From Mobula hypostoma (Eukaryota): 64,000 nt of DNA. Of this stretch, positions 25,126 through 37,449 are shown one piece after another; positions within the stretch are counted from its first letter, which is position 1, and each line of letters starts with the position of its first letter. Made by a program: the position numbers and the translations under genes. The notes under the pieces were generated by a model. That model was not told the origin of the DNA. It made no database searches and saw nothing but the letters and a program-made list of their open reading frames with translations. Location of the stretch: NCBI RefSeq assembly GCF_963921235.1, contig NC_086097.1, positions 149,360,001 to 149,424,000 on the forward strand. The letters are read 5' to 3'.

Positions 25126-25303
25126 GGGACTACTGACCTTAAAGAAACATTTTTGATTTTAAATGATGGCAACTGTGACAAGAAAATGGAAAATGAGCAC
25201 ATCAACCCGCAATTTCCGTGGCAGGTGAACCTACTGACTCACATTGAGACCGTGCAAAATGAAGTCAATAACAGAATGGACCTTATTGAGAAGGAGCTGG
25301 ATG
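25126..25303 (+). CDS. PHF20L1: PHF20L1 penultimate coding exon
   Basis: Acceptor taacag|GGG and donor G|gtaaga; 178 nt. Encodes [28 protein letters not shown]. Confidence 0.93.
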
Positions 25304-25574
25304 GTAAGACCAGTGACTACCATGATACCTTTGTTCCTATTGTCTTATTAAAAACAAATTCAAGTCTTCACTATAGTGATATAATTCGCAAAATTTCCTT
25401 TATTCCTTTGAGTTTCATAAGTTGTGCTTTAATTCAGGTTTTGAAAGGGGTATGGGAGTTTAGTGCCAGAAGTATACCACTCAGAGAAAAGGAATTGATT
25501 TGGTAGATTTTTCTGCTTGGTGATAAAATCCTGAACGTAGGTAGTACCATCCTTAAATTAAAGGTGGAAGATGA

Positions 25575-28500
25575 TAGACCATATGACCATAGAACATTGG
25601 AGCAGAATTGGACAATTTAGTCCATTGAGTCTGCTCTGCCATTCCATTATGGCTGATTTATTGTCCGTCTCAACCGCATTCTCCTGCCTTGTCCCCATAA
25701 CCTTTGGTGCCCTGACTAATAAATCTATGATGATGAATTCCACAGATACACTGCCCGATGGCTAAAGAAATTCCTCCTTATATCTGTTCTAAATGATGTC
25801 TCTATTCTGACGCTATGCCCCCTAGTCCTAGGCTCCCCCATTACAGGAAACATCCTCTCCACATCCACTCTATCTAGGCCATTTAATATTCAGTTAGAAA
25901 TTCCCCCCTCATTCTAAGCTCCAACGAGTACAGATTAGAGCCAAGCATTAATGCTCTCATGCATTAACCCTTTTATTCCCGAAATCATTCTTGTGAACCT
26001 CCTCTGGACCCTCTCTAATGCGAGCGCATCTTTTCTTAGATAAGGGGTCCAAAACTGCTTTCAACGCTTCAAGCGCGGTCTGACCAATACTGTATACAAC
26101 CTCAGCATTACAACCTATTATATTCTAGTCCTCTCAAAGTGAATGCCAGTATTGCCTTTGCCTTCCAATTCAACCTGCAAGTTAACCTTTAGGGAGCACT
26201 GCACAAGGACTTCCAAGTCACTTTGCACCTCAGATTTTGAATTTTCTCCCCATCAGAAAATAGTCTAAGGCTTTATTCCTTTTACCAAGGTGTACAACCA
26301 TACACTTCCTAACTCTATATTCCATCTGCCATCTCTTTCTTCATTCTCCAAATCTGTCTAAGTACTTCTGCAAAATCCCTGCTTCCTCAACACCACCTGT
26401 CCCTCCATCTATCTTCATATAGTCTACAAACTTGGCCACAAAGCCATCAATTCCGCCATCCAATTCACTGACATGCAACCTGAAAAGAAGCGGTCAGAAT
26501 GCCACTAGTTAACAGCAGCCAACCAGAAAGGGCCCCCTTTATTTCCATTCTTTGCCTCCTGCCAATCAGCCAATCTTCTATCTATGCTAGTATCTTTCCT
26601 GTAATACTGTAATGCAAGTTCTTAACTTGTTCACCAGCCTCATGTTCCTTAAGGGGAAATCTTGACTGACGAATCTGTGGGAGTTATTTGAAGAGCTAAT
26701 AGGCAGGATAGCCAAAGGAGAGTCAGTGGATGGTGTTTACTTGAATTTTCAGATGGTCTTTGTTCCCCATTGCTACCTCTCAGGCATCATTTTCCAGTGG
26801 TCCGATATCCACTCTCATCTCTTTTACTTTTCATATATCTGAAAAAACCTTTGGTATCCCGAAAAAGGATCCAGTGCTTTCCTAACGTATATGACAAATA
26901 GACACTTCTTGGGCTACCAGCTGGATACAGGTATCAATTTTAACCAATGTTTCGATGACAAACTCTGCCATCTTCATCAGGGATGATGCCCAAGCACATC
27001 TAGTCTGGTGCTATACATATCCCTGTTGTTCGTCCCTCATGATAGTCCTCAATCAATTAATCAGGTTTCTGCTGTCCCACCTTGTTTACAATTGAATTCC
27101 AGTTCCTACTTTGAATGAGATCTTCATCTTTGTTAAAATTCTTTTCCTCTGGTTTTATGCCAGGTGGTCCCAAAAATCATTGGCACTCCATGATAGTTTT
27201 GTGCTGTTTAAGTCAATCCTCTTTTATACTATTGGCTAACTTACCTTCATATTTCATCTTTTATGGCTTTTTATAGTTGCCTTCTGTTGGATTTGAAAAA
27301 CTTCCATATCCTCTAACTTCTCACTAATGTTTCATTAATTATATGCCCTCTCTTTTGGTTTTTTGCTGTCTTTGACTTCCCTTGTCAACCATAGTTGCGC
27401 CATCCTCCCTGTAGAATACTGCTTCATCTTTGGGATCTATCTATCCTGCATCTGCCAAATTGTTCCCAGAAACTCCAGCCATTCGGCTGTCATCCCTGAT
27501 ATTGTTCCCTTCCAAGCAACTTTGGCCATCTCTTCTCTCATGCCTCCGTAATTTCCTTTACTCCACTGTAATTTATATCTAAATTTTATCTTCTCCCTCT
27601 CAAACTGCAGGGTGAATTCTATCATATTATGATCACTGCCTCCAAAGGGTTCTTTTACCTCGAGCTCCCTAATCAAATCTGGTTCATTACACAATGCCCA
27701 ATCCAGAATTGCCTTTCCCCTAGTGGGAACCATAAGCTGCTCTAAAAAGGCATCTCGCAGGCATTCTACAAATTCCCTCTCTTCACCACCAACCTGATTT
27801 TCCTAATCTACCTGCATATTGAAATCCTCCATGACTATCATAATATTGCCCTTTTTACAAAATTCAAAGTTCAAAGTACATTTATTATTGAAGTATGTAT
27901 ACCATATAGAACCTTAGATTTGTCTTTTTGTAGGCAACCACAAAACAAAGAAAGACAAAAGGACGCACTAAAAAAACACACACAACAACCTGAAAGTGAA
28001 TCCACAGCCACAGAGCCAGTCCAGCGCTGCAGCGGGTCCAGGAGCCACAGCCATGGCACCTTAAATACCTCGCATCTGAGTCTTTTTACCCTTGCAATTT
28101 CTTAATTCTATCCACAAGGACTCTACATCTTCCAATCCTATGTCACCTCCATCTAAGGAATTGATTACAATTTTTACAAACAGGGCACCCCACCCCTCTG
28201 CTTACCTGCCTGTCCTTGGATGTTAAGATCCCAACTATGATCTTCTTTCACTCATAACTCAGTGATGCCCACAACGTCATACCTGCCAATCTCTAACTGC
28301 GCTACAAGATCATCTATCTTATTCTGTATAGTGCATGTATTCAAATATAACACCTTGCATTGATCACCATTTTTGATTTTGCCCCATGTTGCACTTAACT
28401 CATCCCACTGACTGCAATTTTGCCCCATAGTCTATCCACACACTGCATTTACTTCAGATGGTTCCATTTATTATCAGAGAATGTATAGAGTATGCAATCT

Positions 28501-29330
28501 GAAATACTTAATCTTCGTTGACATCCATGAAAAGCAGAAGAACCTCAAAAGAATGAATGACATAAAAAGCATTAGAACCCAAATGCCCCCTCTCCCCTCC
28601 CCTGTGCAAGCAGCAGCAAAGCATCAACCGCATCAACTGCCCCCTTCCCCCACCAATTTCAGCAAAAAGCATCAGCTGCCATCCCCCACCAACCAATAGC
28701 AAAGCACCCAAAGAGAGACCGTAATCTGCAGTCAACAAGAACTACTGTTTACCCGACAGTTCGACATGCCACAGGCTCTCTCTCTCTCTCTCACTAACAA
28801 GGGACAGAGAAATGTCATCCATTTCACAGTGAAAGGGGAAACTAACAGCCGCTGTTATGATGTTACAGTCTGCTGCGTCGCTTTTTATTCTGAGATTTTT
28901 TGATTTGAGAATCAGCAGCAAACTCTCCCCACCATCAAGAGAGAGAGAGAGACAGTCGCTCGACTACAGGGACCTCCGTCTGCATATCTGTTGCACCGAA
29001 ATCCTCATGTTCCTTCTCCCGCGACGCCTCAGTCAGCAACACCAGCACGGTATTGGTTGTCCTCAGGGCTGCGCCCCGGAGGTGTCATCTTCCAAGCCGT
29101 GCAATTGGTTCTCATTCACCAATTGCCCTATCACTCTGATTCCCATTCCCCTGCCAAATTAATTTAAATCCTTCCCAACAACTCTAGCAAACCTGCCTGC
29201 AAGGATGTTGGTCCCCCTTAGGTTGAGGTGTAACCTGTCTTTTTTGTACAGGTGATATGTTCCCCAGAAGGGAGCTCAATAGTCCAGAAATCTGAGACCC
29301 AGCCCTCTGCACCAATTCCTCAGACATAGA
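25575..29330 (-). mobile_element. Fragmented CR1 LINE(s) with nested insertions
   Basis: Reverse-strand CR1 3' end at 25575 and endonuclease piece PTRGKAILD..LCNEPDLI...GGSDHN (27437-27733). Interrupted by a Penelope fragment (about 26870-27220) and LINE tails (about 27860-28060, 28460-29100). Confidence 0.8.
26870..27220 (-). mobile_element. Second Penelope-like family (Poseidon-type) 3' fragment
   Basis: The - strand reads RIDLNSTKL...FWDHL / IKPEEKNFNKDED LIQSRNWN (GIY-YIG C-terminus), followed by a hammerhead-like motif at 26942-26984. Confidence 0.65.
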
Positions 29331-29748
29331 AGAGTTGAATAGCTATAGAACTTCTGTCTATGATTTTGGTAGTTCACCTTGTATATGATTGAGGTTAAAT
29401 ACACTCCACCACAAAAGATCAGAAATGTGTGTTAATATGCTGACTTGTCTGACCTAGTAATGCATGGGTGGAAATGGCAGATGGATGATGCCTTATCTAC
29501 CAAAATAATCTATTCCCATTTTCCTTGTAAAACCCTTCTGTCCAACCTTAAACAGTTCAACAGCTAAGTCATCCTGATGGTAACTTCCTCTTTCAGTAGT
29601 GATATTGATGTAAAACTGTACAGAGCAATCTGACTGAAAATATTCACCAGAGAAAAATTAATGGTGTCAGTTTTAAAGTCCCCTTTTGTATCTTTGACTG
29701 TAGTGAATTTGTGACTTTTCTTTTGCTTCTTACTGTGCAATCTTCCAG

Positions 29749-29891
29749 TTCTGGAAAGCTGGCTGGACTTTTCCGGGGAACTTGAACCACCGGAGCCACT
29801 TGCAAGACTTCCACAGCTGAAACGCCACATCAAGCAACTCCTGACGGATTTGGGAAAGGTGCAGCAAATGGTTTGCTGCTGCGCTCTTTGA
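29749..29891 (+). CDS. PHF20L1: PHF20L1 last coding exon with stop
   Basis: Acceptor cttccag|TT. Encodes [47 protein letters not shown], then TGA at 29889-29891. Confidence 0.97.
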
Positions 29892-31730
29892 GAAGAAAAA
29901 TGATTGATCGATAGGGATGGGGGAGAGGAACGTAGAAGGTGAAGCTACATTAACTTTAACGAACATGTTGGGTGTGGGAACAGCGGATGAATGCAAAGTA
30001 ATGGAGCAGAGTGAAAATCACATCAAGGAAACAGGGAAGAAACATTGAGAAACATCTTGGTAGACAGAAGAACAAGAATACTATTAGCATGTTGAAACCA
30101 ATAAATGAGACTTGAAAAAAATATTATACTTTTAGGTATCTTTCAGTATCAAGCTTTAGACACCTTCACTTTCATTTACAATTCTTTTCAGAATAAGGTG
30201 ACCCCATGATGTTGTGCATATCGTTCAAAGAGCATCAAAATCGCTGTTAATGTGTTCACATGCTCTTTCATAACCTCTTATGAATTCGTTAAGGTTGTGG
30301 AAGAAGTTTTAGGTTGATGAAGGAGCGGGAGGGGTCAACAGCATTTGTTACTGTGGATGCTAGAAAAAGATCAGATCTGCTGCTCAGGTCAAGTACTGTA
30401 GACAGTTGACAGCTTCATTGTCTTATCAATGAAATAACACAAACGTGGGAACACTGGAGTGAAAGGGAGATAGTTTTAAATCACTGAGCTGGTGTTCATT
30501 ATATTCTCGCAATATATTGACTAAATACAGATTCAGACCACTTGCTGCAGGATTAGTTGAGGAAGGAGTAATCATCCCACAGCATGGGAGTTAGCCTCTG
30601 TGCAAGTTCCCAGTGGTTAAACCTCAACTTCTTTTTGAATTCTCCATATCATACAAACTGGTTATTTGACGACAAAAGTAAAGTAAATATTTGCTTAGAT
30701 TGCGAGCAGGGAAAGATGAAGTAGTTCAACATTTTCTGGCCTTTTAAGATTAAGGGATAGAAGGAAGAAACAGCTTCATTGAGGGTCAAGTACAAGAATT
30801 GATTGCTGAATTTGACCTATGAATTATTCAGTTCAGTAGCACTATATAACCACTGGAACCTTGCTGGATTTGAAAGTGCAAGTAATTGATATTCTGTGCA
30901 GCAACTTCAATATTTTGCACCCACCAGTGATCTGAAATGTGTTCTTAAAACTTTATGAAACCCAAGGATTTAAGTTTCTCTGTTGTATTCTGTGCAATGG
31001 TTAACAGTATACTGTGCAGAGCCTAACCCGAGATGTTAGTTTTTGAGTACGCCCAGTCAATTTGAGACGTTCCATCACTCTCTGTGGAACAAATGTTCAC
31101 AATTTCAAGTGAAGGTAAAAGCTACTCACAGGCAGGTTAGGGAATACGTGAAGCAAATTAGGTCATCCTGCAGATCTCCCATCATTCTTTCTCCCTTCCA
31201 CTCCCCAACAGAGAGGCAAAAAAAGCAAAATACTTCTTGAGTTGGTACAAAATTTAAGGGTGTTTAAAATAAGAGGAGTCAAGAAAACATATTAAATTGT
31301 GGGCAGTGTATTGTAAGGGTTTGATCGTGAGTAGTTGTTGCACAAACAGCTAATTAGTACCAGTACCTGTAATCCTACTCTGTGTAGCGGTTTGCATCTA
31401 ATCAAAACAAGTGTATGAAAAATAATGTCAATGCAAATAGACTCAGCTTGTAAGCTGTTGCTGTGGTGGAGGGCCTCACTATATTTTTACTTGCCTAAAG
31501 TACTCTGCTGTTGTTCAAAAATATGAAATATAATAAAAAAGAATTGTACTAGGCAAATGTATTTGCCAAAAGAATGTACGTTGACTCTAAATGTATACAT
31601 CAAAAAAGTGTATATTTGCCTTAAGTGTATAAAATTCTGGAAGCTTAAGTTCCCTTTTCATTTCATTTGTGTATAAAAACATTAATATGTGTTTTTCATA
31701 GACAATAAATATTTAAAAACAAAAAGGATC
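29892..31730 (+). other. PHF20L1: PHF20L1 3'UTR with candidate poly(A) signals
   Basis: Stretch after the stop with no recognisable repeats. AATAAA at 30100-30105, 31532-31537 and 31704-31709, with an AU-rich distal end. The true cleavage site cannot be determined from sequence. Confidence 0.6.
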
Positions 31731-33735
31731 TTTGACTGTTGGAAACAAGCAACAATCTGTTTCAGCTGAACTAAGAAAATAAAAAAAAGTTGCAGATACA
31801 ATAAATCTGAAACAAAAAAAATATTGCAAACTCTCAGCAGGTCAGGTAGTTCATGTGAAAAGTGAAGCACAGTTAATGTTATGGGTTGAAGACTCCCTTG
31901 AACTTCACAGAAGCATATTGTACCGTAAGGATATTGTATACTGAGTGTACTGCACCAAACTGACAAAGTTTTCAAATTGCATCACCAAAATCCAATGTCC
32001 ATTGGGTTCAGAGATGACTGGAAACCTTATTTTCTGATTTACCTTCAGTCACCCAACAAGAATGTATGTCATTGTTCCTTCGTTATAGCAAGGATAAAAT
32101 CCAGAAGGCAAACCTTGCATCAGCCTTATTACAAGCACTGCAACAATTGCAAAGGTGCATGCAGAAAGTTTCAGAAACTAATGCTGCTGCCTCAGAGCCC
32201 CAGAGATGTAGGTCACATCCTGATTGTTCATTTCGCAGGTGCACTTTTCATATTATGGTGTGGATTTCTCCACAGGCGCCGTGGTTTCCATCCACATGCC
32301 AAAGATGTGCTAGGTGGTAGTTCACCTGGTTGCTGTGAATTTCCTCTGGTACAATGGTGGAAGGAGAATATTAGGTGGAGGCTGGTTGAAGTTGAATGGG
32401 ATGTGTGAGGGGAAGTGGAAGTAGCAGATTTGGGTGTTTGTTGACACAAATGAGGCCTGCTGAAGGACTCAGATCACCTTTCAAGATTGAAAATTAATAG
32501 CTAATAAATGCCCATCTGGAAGAATTATATTTTAAAAAAGATCGGGGAGCATTGACTTTAACATTCTAAGAGACTGCTCACAGATACTTCAAATGACAAA
32601 ATCAACTATGATTGAATAGTAGAGCAGACTCAATGGACCGAATGGCCTAATTCTGCTCCTATATCTTATGTCTTATGTTTGACCAGTAGGATGATATTGA
32701 TCAATGATAAGACTGGCAAGGGAACGACAGATGGAATTTAATTCTGACCGAAGTAGTGCAGTTTTGGAGGACTGGTAAGAAGCGACTACATTGAGGTACA
32801 GAGAGACTTACGTCTACAAGTTCAAGGATCCCTGTAGGTAGCAGCACAGCTAGATAAGGTGATGAAGAAGACCCATGGGATATTTGATATCATTAGCAAC
32901 AGTATGAAGTATAAATGCAAAGAGGTTAAACATTTGTTAGGCTACAGTCGGAGTACTTTGTAAGGTTATGATTAGCACAGCACAAAAGCATCCTATCTCG
33001 ATACATCACAGCTTGGTTAGGCAACTACCCTTCTCAAGACTGCAAGAAACTGGAGAAAGTTGTGAACACAACCCTGTCCATCAAGCAGTTCAGCTTCCCC
33101 TCCCTTGTCTCTGTCTACACCTCACACTGTCTTGGGGAAGCAGCTCGGGAAATCAAGGAACCTTTCCAACCAGTCATTCTGTTTTCTTTCATCAGGCAGA
33201 AAACACAAAAGCTTAGAACATATCAACAGACCTAAGAACACCTTCTCTGCTGCTGTTGTCAGAATCTTGAAAGAATCTTTCATACGTTAAAAGCTGAACT
33301 CTTGAACTCTCCCAATTTACCTCATCATGATCCTGCTCTATGCTTGTCTGCTTGCACTGCACTTTCTCTGTAAATGGAGCATAGTACTGTATTCTGTGTT
33401 CTGTTTTCACTACTTCACTGTAATTATGTATGGCACGATCTGTCTGGATGGCTTGCACTACACACTATATCTTTTTTACATGTGACAATAATTAATTAAT
33501 AAACCACTACTTAGGAAAGATGTGATTGTCCAGGGGGTTTTCACTGGGATGTTGCTAAGCATGGGGCATGCCACTTATGGAAGAGACTGTATGAGCTGGG
33601 CTTGTTTTCTTTGGAGCTGAGAAGCTGAAAGGGGAACCTGATAAAGGTATTCAAAATTATGAAGGGCATAGATAAAATAGATGGTAGAAATTTTCCCCTG
33701 TAGGGCTGCTATCTAAAACTAGACAAGATAGGATT

Positions 33736-34461
33736 AAGCAACACACATCAAAGTTGCTGGTGAACGCAGCAGGCCAGGCAGCATCTCTAGGAAGAGGTAC
33801 AGTCGACGTTTCAGGCCGAGACCCTTCGTCAGGACTAACTGAAGGAAGAGTTAGTAAGAGATTTGAAAGTTGGAGGGGGAGATCCAAAATGATAGGAGAA
33901 GACAGGAGGGGGAGGGATGGAGCCAAGAGCTGGACAGGTGATAGGCAAAAGGGATACGAGAGGATCGTGGGACAGGAGGTCCTGGAAGAAAGACAAGGGA
34001 GGGGGGGGGAACCCAGAGGATGGGCAAGGGGTATATTCAGAGGAACAGAGGGAGAAAAAGGAGAGTGAGAGAAAGAATGTGTGTATAAAAATAAATAACA
34101 GATGGGGTACGAGGGGGAGGTGGGGCATTAGCGGAAGTTAGAGAAGTCAATGTTCATGCCATCAGGTTGGAGGCTACCCAGACGGAATATAAGGTGGTGT
34201 TCCTCCAACCTGAGTGTGGCTTCATCTTTACAGTAGAGGAGGCCATGGATAGACATGTCAGAATGGGAATGGGATGTGGAATTAAAATGTGTGGCCACTG
34301 GGAGATCCTGCTTTCTCTGGCGGACAGAGCGTAGATGTTCAGCAAAGCGGTCTCCCAGTCTGCGTCGGGTCTCGGCAATATATAAAAGGCCACATCGGGA
34401 GCACCGGACGCAGTATATCACCCCAGCCGACTCACAGGTGAAGTGTCGCCTCACCTGGAAG
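33736..34461 (-). mobile_element. Young Penelope-like (Neptune-type) 3' fragment inserted in a CR1 remnant
   Basis: Open GIY-YIG domain FTCESAGVIYCVRCSRCGLLYIAETRRRLGDRFAEH...LGSLQPDGMN. CR1 sequence resumes on both sides (about 32690-33735 and 34462-34660). Confidence 0.92.
33800..33837 (-). ncRNA. Minimal type I hammerhead ribozyme motif in Penelope tail
   Basis: Identical 38-nt motif to 16758-16795. Confidence 0.8.
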
Positions 34462-35032
34462 GGGAAGAGGTTTAAAGAGGATCTGATGATTTTTTTTGTT
34501 GCAATCCGGACTTCAATGGCATTTAAGAAGTACATAGATGAGCACTTGAATCACCAAGGCATAGAAGGATATAAACTAAATGCAGGTAAACTAAAGACCG
34601 TAAGACAGTTAAGTAAAAATAGTTACTTAATGGCCACCATAGACATGTGGACTCTAAAGCTTTATGACAATCTATGGAGGTTTTGCTCATTAATCTTAAA
34701 TTTTGCTCCTTGTGATCACTTTCTAAAATCTTAAAGTCTGTTCTTATTTGTTATTTGCTTCTACATTGGCCACTATTCTAGAACCTTGCTTTTATTTACC
34801 AAATGTTGACACCTGCATAGCAATAATAAACACAAGAGATTCTGCAGATATCGGCAATCCAAAGTAATTTACACAAAATGTCTGATAAGGAGTCTTGGCC
34901 TCAAACATGACAGCTTATTCCACTCCAGTGTTCTGTGTGTGTTAACTTGAAAAGCAATGTGGCATTGACTCTGAACAGTAGCAATCTATTACGATCTCTT
35001 CCCCTTCTCCCTCCATCCAACATATAACCACT

Positions 35033-35457
35033 CATGGCTCCGTTTGTCTGAGTAGACAATGGATGTGCCCGGTTCTCCAGGGCGCAGACCTGGGTGATGA
35101 ACATGGAGATCTTGGGCTGCCCAGACATCAAGATCCCCCTCTCGGCCTCGCGGATGTGGTTCAAAGGAATGCGAAGCAGTACATTTGGCATCAGCTTGGC
35201 TGCAGGAGCTGCCAGGAGGTGACGTGATACATCATCCAACCGCCTTAGGGGCTCTACTCCGGATTTGTGTAGGGTTTACACCTTAGCCTTCTCTTTTCCC
35301 AAAGATACCCACAAGGCAGTGGGATCCTTAACCCTGGATAGGGACCCATACCGGGTACTGTCAGCCAGAGCCAGCTGAGCCCGGGACTCGTGTAAGGCAG
35401 GGTCGTCACACCCTGTAGTAGTGACATGTGGAGCCACTACCCACTACCCACTACACT
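35033..35457 (-). mobile_element. Non-autonomous non-LTR element, tentatively Ingi/Vingi-type
   Basis: GC-richer 425-nt block flanked by the 11-bp direct repeat atataaccact (35022-35032 and 35458-35468). Family assignment is from recalled similarity only. Confidence 0.5.
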
Positions 35458-36718
35458 ATATAACCACTACACCATCATTTTTCTAACTACTTTTCTAACT
35501 ATTAGGTTCTGCTCATCTGGAGTCATCCAGTCTGAATCAATGAAACTTTACAACTCAGAAGGAGGAGATCCTGTCCATCACATACATGTTTATCAAGAGA
35601 TAACCAATGTAATCCCACTTCTAGTACTGTATGTGAGTCCCCCCTGTAAACCATAGTTTTACAAAGACACATCCAGCTACTTTTTAAACATTGTGAAAAT
35701 TTGTACCTCTATTACTTTCTCAGATGGTGAGTTCTACACCCCTATTCTACCAGTTACTTTAATTTTATGTTGCCTGGTCTTTGGCCCCTGATGAAGAAAA
35801 ATAGGTCCTCTGTGTTTGCACTGTCCAGCTCCCTTATAATTTGAAATATGTCAATGAAGTTGCCACTCAAACAACAGTGTTCCAAAGAAAATTTTACTTT
35901 TCAGACACTATCTATCAATCCTCCTAAAGGCACTTATCATTATAGAGTGGTTTTTTTTTGCAAATTTAATTGATATTCCTTCCTGCCTTGTCTTCAGCTA
36001 GGGATTGCCAGTAGCTTATTTATTCAGCATCTACACTCTTGGCAATCTGTGGATAAGCCATTCACTGGAGCATTTCTACGAAAACTGAAAGATCAAGAGT
36101 CCGTGTATAAATGCATCATTGCTCCTTTGAGTCCACAGCCAAACAGATGCTTGAGCTTTCAAGTAGCATAGTTCTGTGTGTTCTTTGTTAACTTTGTGAT
36201 ATCATGTTTAAAATCCAAACAAATGTATGTATAAGGAATTCACTTGCTTCAATGCATAGTACCTAGATGTACCTAGAAGCATTTACTTTATATCCGTTGT
36301 TTGGCATTTTCCTGAAGATGGAGTGAGGTTTACCTTTTCAAAGTATGAACAGTTTCTCAGATCATTTTAACTCTACATAAAAGTTGCCTCTTTCAATAGA
36401 ATGAATTCTTCTAAATTAGGAGAATGGAAATATGGTATATTTCTAACATTCCAAAACCTGGAGGTACCTGATTGGTATCTTAATATTCCTTCTTTCTTCA
36501 TATGCAGGTTCCCCCCCAGGTTATGAACTCCCGACTTATGTGCATCCTGTACATATGAACAAGCATCTGGGTGATCAGCAGGTAGATTTGCTTGTTGCTA
36601 CAAGGCTGCAGGCATCTTTTGCCACTTGGCAACTTGGTTCCCAGCCCTATTTCTGACCTGTGAACTGTCCAGGTTATGAGCAGATCTTAGAATTGGAACC
36701 TTGGCAAGGATCTGTATA

Positions 36719-37240
36719 CAGTGGATGCCACTTATTTGGGATACACATCAAGACAAGTATATTTTGGCCCAATTAAATGGTTTCACTAATTAGCCGAAGT
36801 TCCATGGAAATATTTTTAAAAAGAAAAATTACTGTTTAACTGAGAAACAAATTATGTATTTAAGTGAAATACAGAACAAGTTAGAACACTACCAATATCA
36901 TTAGAGTACTATGAAACAGTGTTCCTTATTGATAGAGGAATTCATGCAGTGTATGTTGCCATGTTCTTCGATTGACTGTAACTGAACAAAATCAGTGCAG
37001 GCGCCTAGTGCAGATAATGTACTGCCTTCATTGTCTTCCTGCATGAAGTGGTGTCAGCAATAACTGCCTTTTAATTTGGCATCAGTTGACCCAAATGAAT
37101 AACACAAGCATATGCAACTGATGCTATTTAAAAACTGTTCACTCGAAGCACTGTATGGTGTGTAATGGCCACACAAGTGCACATGACTGACGCTAGTTAA
37201 AAACTGTTGCATTCTCAAAATCTCCGCTTTCATTGTAAAA
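36719..37240. mobile_element. Tigger/pogo-like non-autonomous DNA transposon fragment
   Basis: TA followed by a cagtgga... terminus and internal ttggcccaattaa / tagttaaaaactgtt repeats. The second TIR was not found. Confidence 0.35.
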
Positions 37241-37449
37241 CACACACAAAATGCTTAAAGTACTCAGCAGGCCAGGCAGCATGAATGGAGAAGAATAAGC
37301 AGTCGATATTTTGGGCCGAGATAGTACAGACAGTGACTTAGTTTAATGTCATACCTGAGAGACAGCATGTCTAACTCACAACTTCTTTAATAAAGCACTT
37401 TGACTCCCTGATAGGATTTTCCACTTATTTCTGGAGCAGGAATAAAATC

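Noticed and set aside
2279..29891. Calling the gene PHF20 because of the C2H2 finger
   Set aside because: Diagnostic residues (RWSAK, EMD.ENGF, EHSYQKPQS, KRHIKQ) and adjacency to TG favour PHF20L1.
29564..29996. Antisense ORFs over the last PHF20L1 exon
   Set aside because: Shadows of the coding exon, with no independent coding features.
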